A DNA stretch of 63,995 bases, filler included, from Octopus bimaculoides (Eukaryota): assembly GCF_001194135.2 (NCBI RefSeq). It is 6 parts of 6 records of this genome, joined end to end, with 100 filler letters (N's around TTAATTAATTAA, not from the genome) between each part and the next. Parts side by side here need not be neighbours in the genome. Positions count along the whole stretch, not along the records: positions 62,989 to 63,995 come from NW_026421750.1; 5 more parts are not named here. One strand, 5' to 3'. The notes under the pieces are model-generated. The model did no database searches. It had not been told where the DNA came from and was given only the letters and a program-made list of their open reading frames with translations. Below, piece by piece: positions 62,989-63,995 of this stretch; position 1 is the first letter of the stretch; every line of letters starts with the position of its first letter. Position numbers and translations under genes: made by a program.

Positions 62989-63995
62989 TTATGGAAAGTT
63001 TTACAGATTTTTACAGTTCCAATGCACATGCATGCATACAGACATAAATACGTGTGTGTATGTTCGTATGAATGTATGTATTTGTGTGTGTGTTTGAATG
63101 TGTATTCGTTCACATAGATTTACAGACCAACTCACCCATATTTGTTGTACAGCTGTATGGTTGTAGAGTGCAGAATTTTATTACCACGAAAAACACTCAA
63201 AATACAAACAAATGAACTTTTATACTTTTCTCAACTTTTCTATAAAGAAAACAAAACTTTGCTACACACAGAGTCTATCGAGTCCATTCAATGAACGATC
63301 TATTCTCAACGCAGCAGGAATCAATCAGTATTTTGTAACGGTTCATAGAATTTAGAAGACCAAGTCAAAGTATAATTTTTTCCATATTTTCAATTTTATT
63401 ATAATTTCTTTGTCAACTTTATCAATGTTTAAGTAATTTAAACTTGTAAACAAACGATGCTTTTCTTTGAATCTCTTTCTCTATTTGTTTTCCTTTTTGT
63501 TTCGTTCAGTTATTATTTTTTAATTTAATTTTTTTTTTAATAAGGTTTGCGTAGTCACGGTGTCACAGTTATAGACAAAAACACCAGAGGATATCTCTTT
63601 GAAGTTCAGCACAGTACTGTTTGGCAATTTAAAAGAAAAAAAAGTAATGATGATGATGATGATGATAATGATGATAAAGATGATGATAATAATAATAATA
63701 ATAATCGTATTTTACAGTGTTGTTTGTAGACGTTGGTATTGTCTTTATACCTCTTCATTGCAGTTTTTGTTGTTGTTGGAAGCAGTTCTTTGGGAATGCA
63801 GATCCTGATGACCTCTTTAATCCATTCAGCCACAAGGATGCCCTAACCTGTGCTAACGTTACCCTTGCTCCACTTACCGAGTGACAACGCACGACTTGTT
63901 AACCCAATTATCCAAATATCCCAATAATGCGACAGTGATCCTGTGGAAGCTCTTCGTACGTACATACATACATTCATACATATATATATATATAT

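Overview
This is AT-rich, microsatellite-dense eukaryotic genomic DNA from a gapped short-read assembly. The repeat families point to an octopod cephalopod (Octopus-like); this is an inference from the repeat content. Five identical N44-TTAATTAATTAA-N44 spacers are artificial scaffold joins, so the window is six segments whose adjacency is not guaranteed. Only one host protein-coding gene can be supported: an intact ANL-superfamily adenylate-forming enzyme (acyl-CoA synthetase / firefly-luciferase-like) on the minus strand. Its whole catalytic body lies in one ~1.49 kb exon (19128-20613), and its 5' exon is unresolved. The remainder is mostly decayed mobile DNA: three Penelope-like element (PLE) lineages, Tx1/L1-like, R4/Dong-like, RTE-related and CR1/Jockey-group LINE fragments, mariner/maT/Tigger/hAT remnants, and at least four tRNA-derived SINE families. 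I find no multi-gene novel system. The best leads are (i) the luciferase-like enzyme with a divergent A8/hinge motif, (ii) variant-core minimal hammerhead ribozyme motifs at PLE termini (a U3-A8 covariant and an A6U variant), (iii) a SINE flanked by a 76-bp direct repeat, (iv) a perfect 21-bp hairpin at a LINE deletion junction, and (v) an RLE LINE embedded in (CATA)n. Repeat-family names come from motif recognition, not database searches, and most TE boundaries are approximate.
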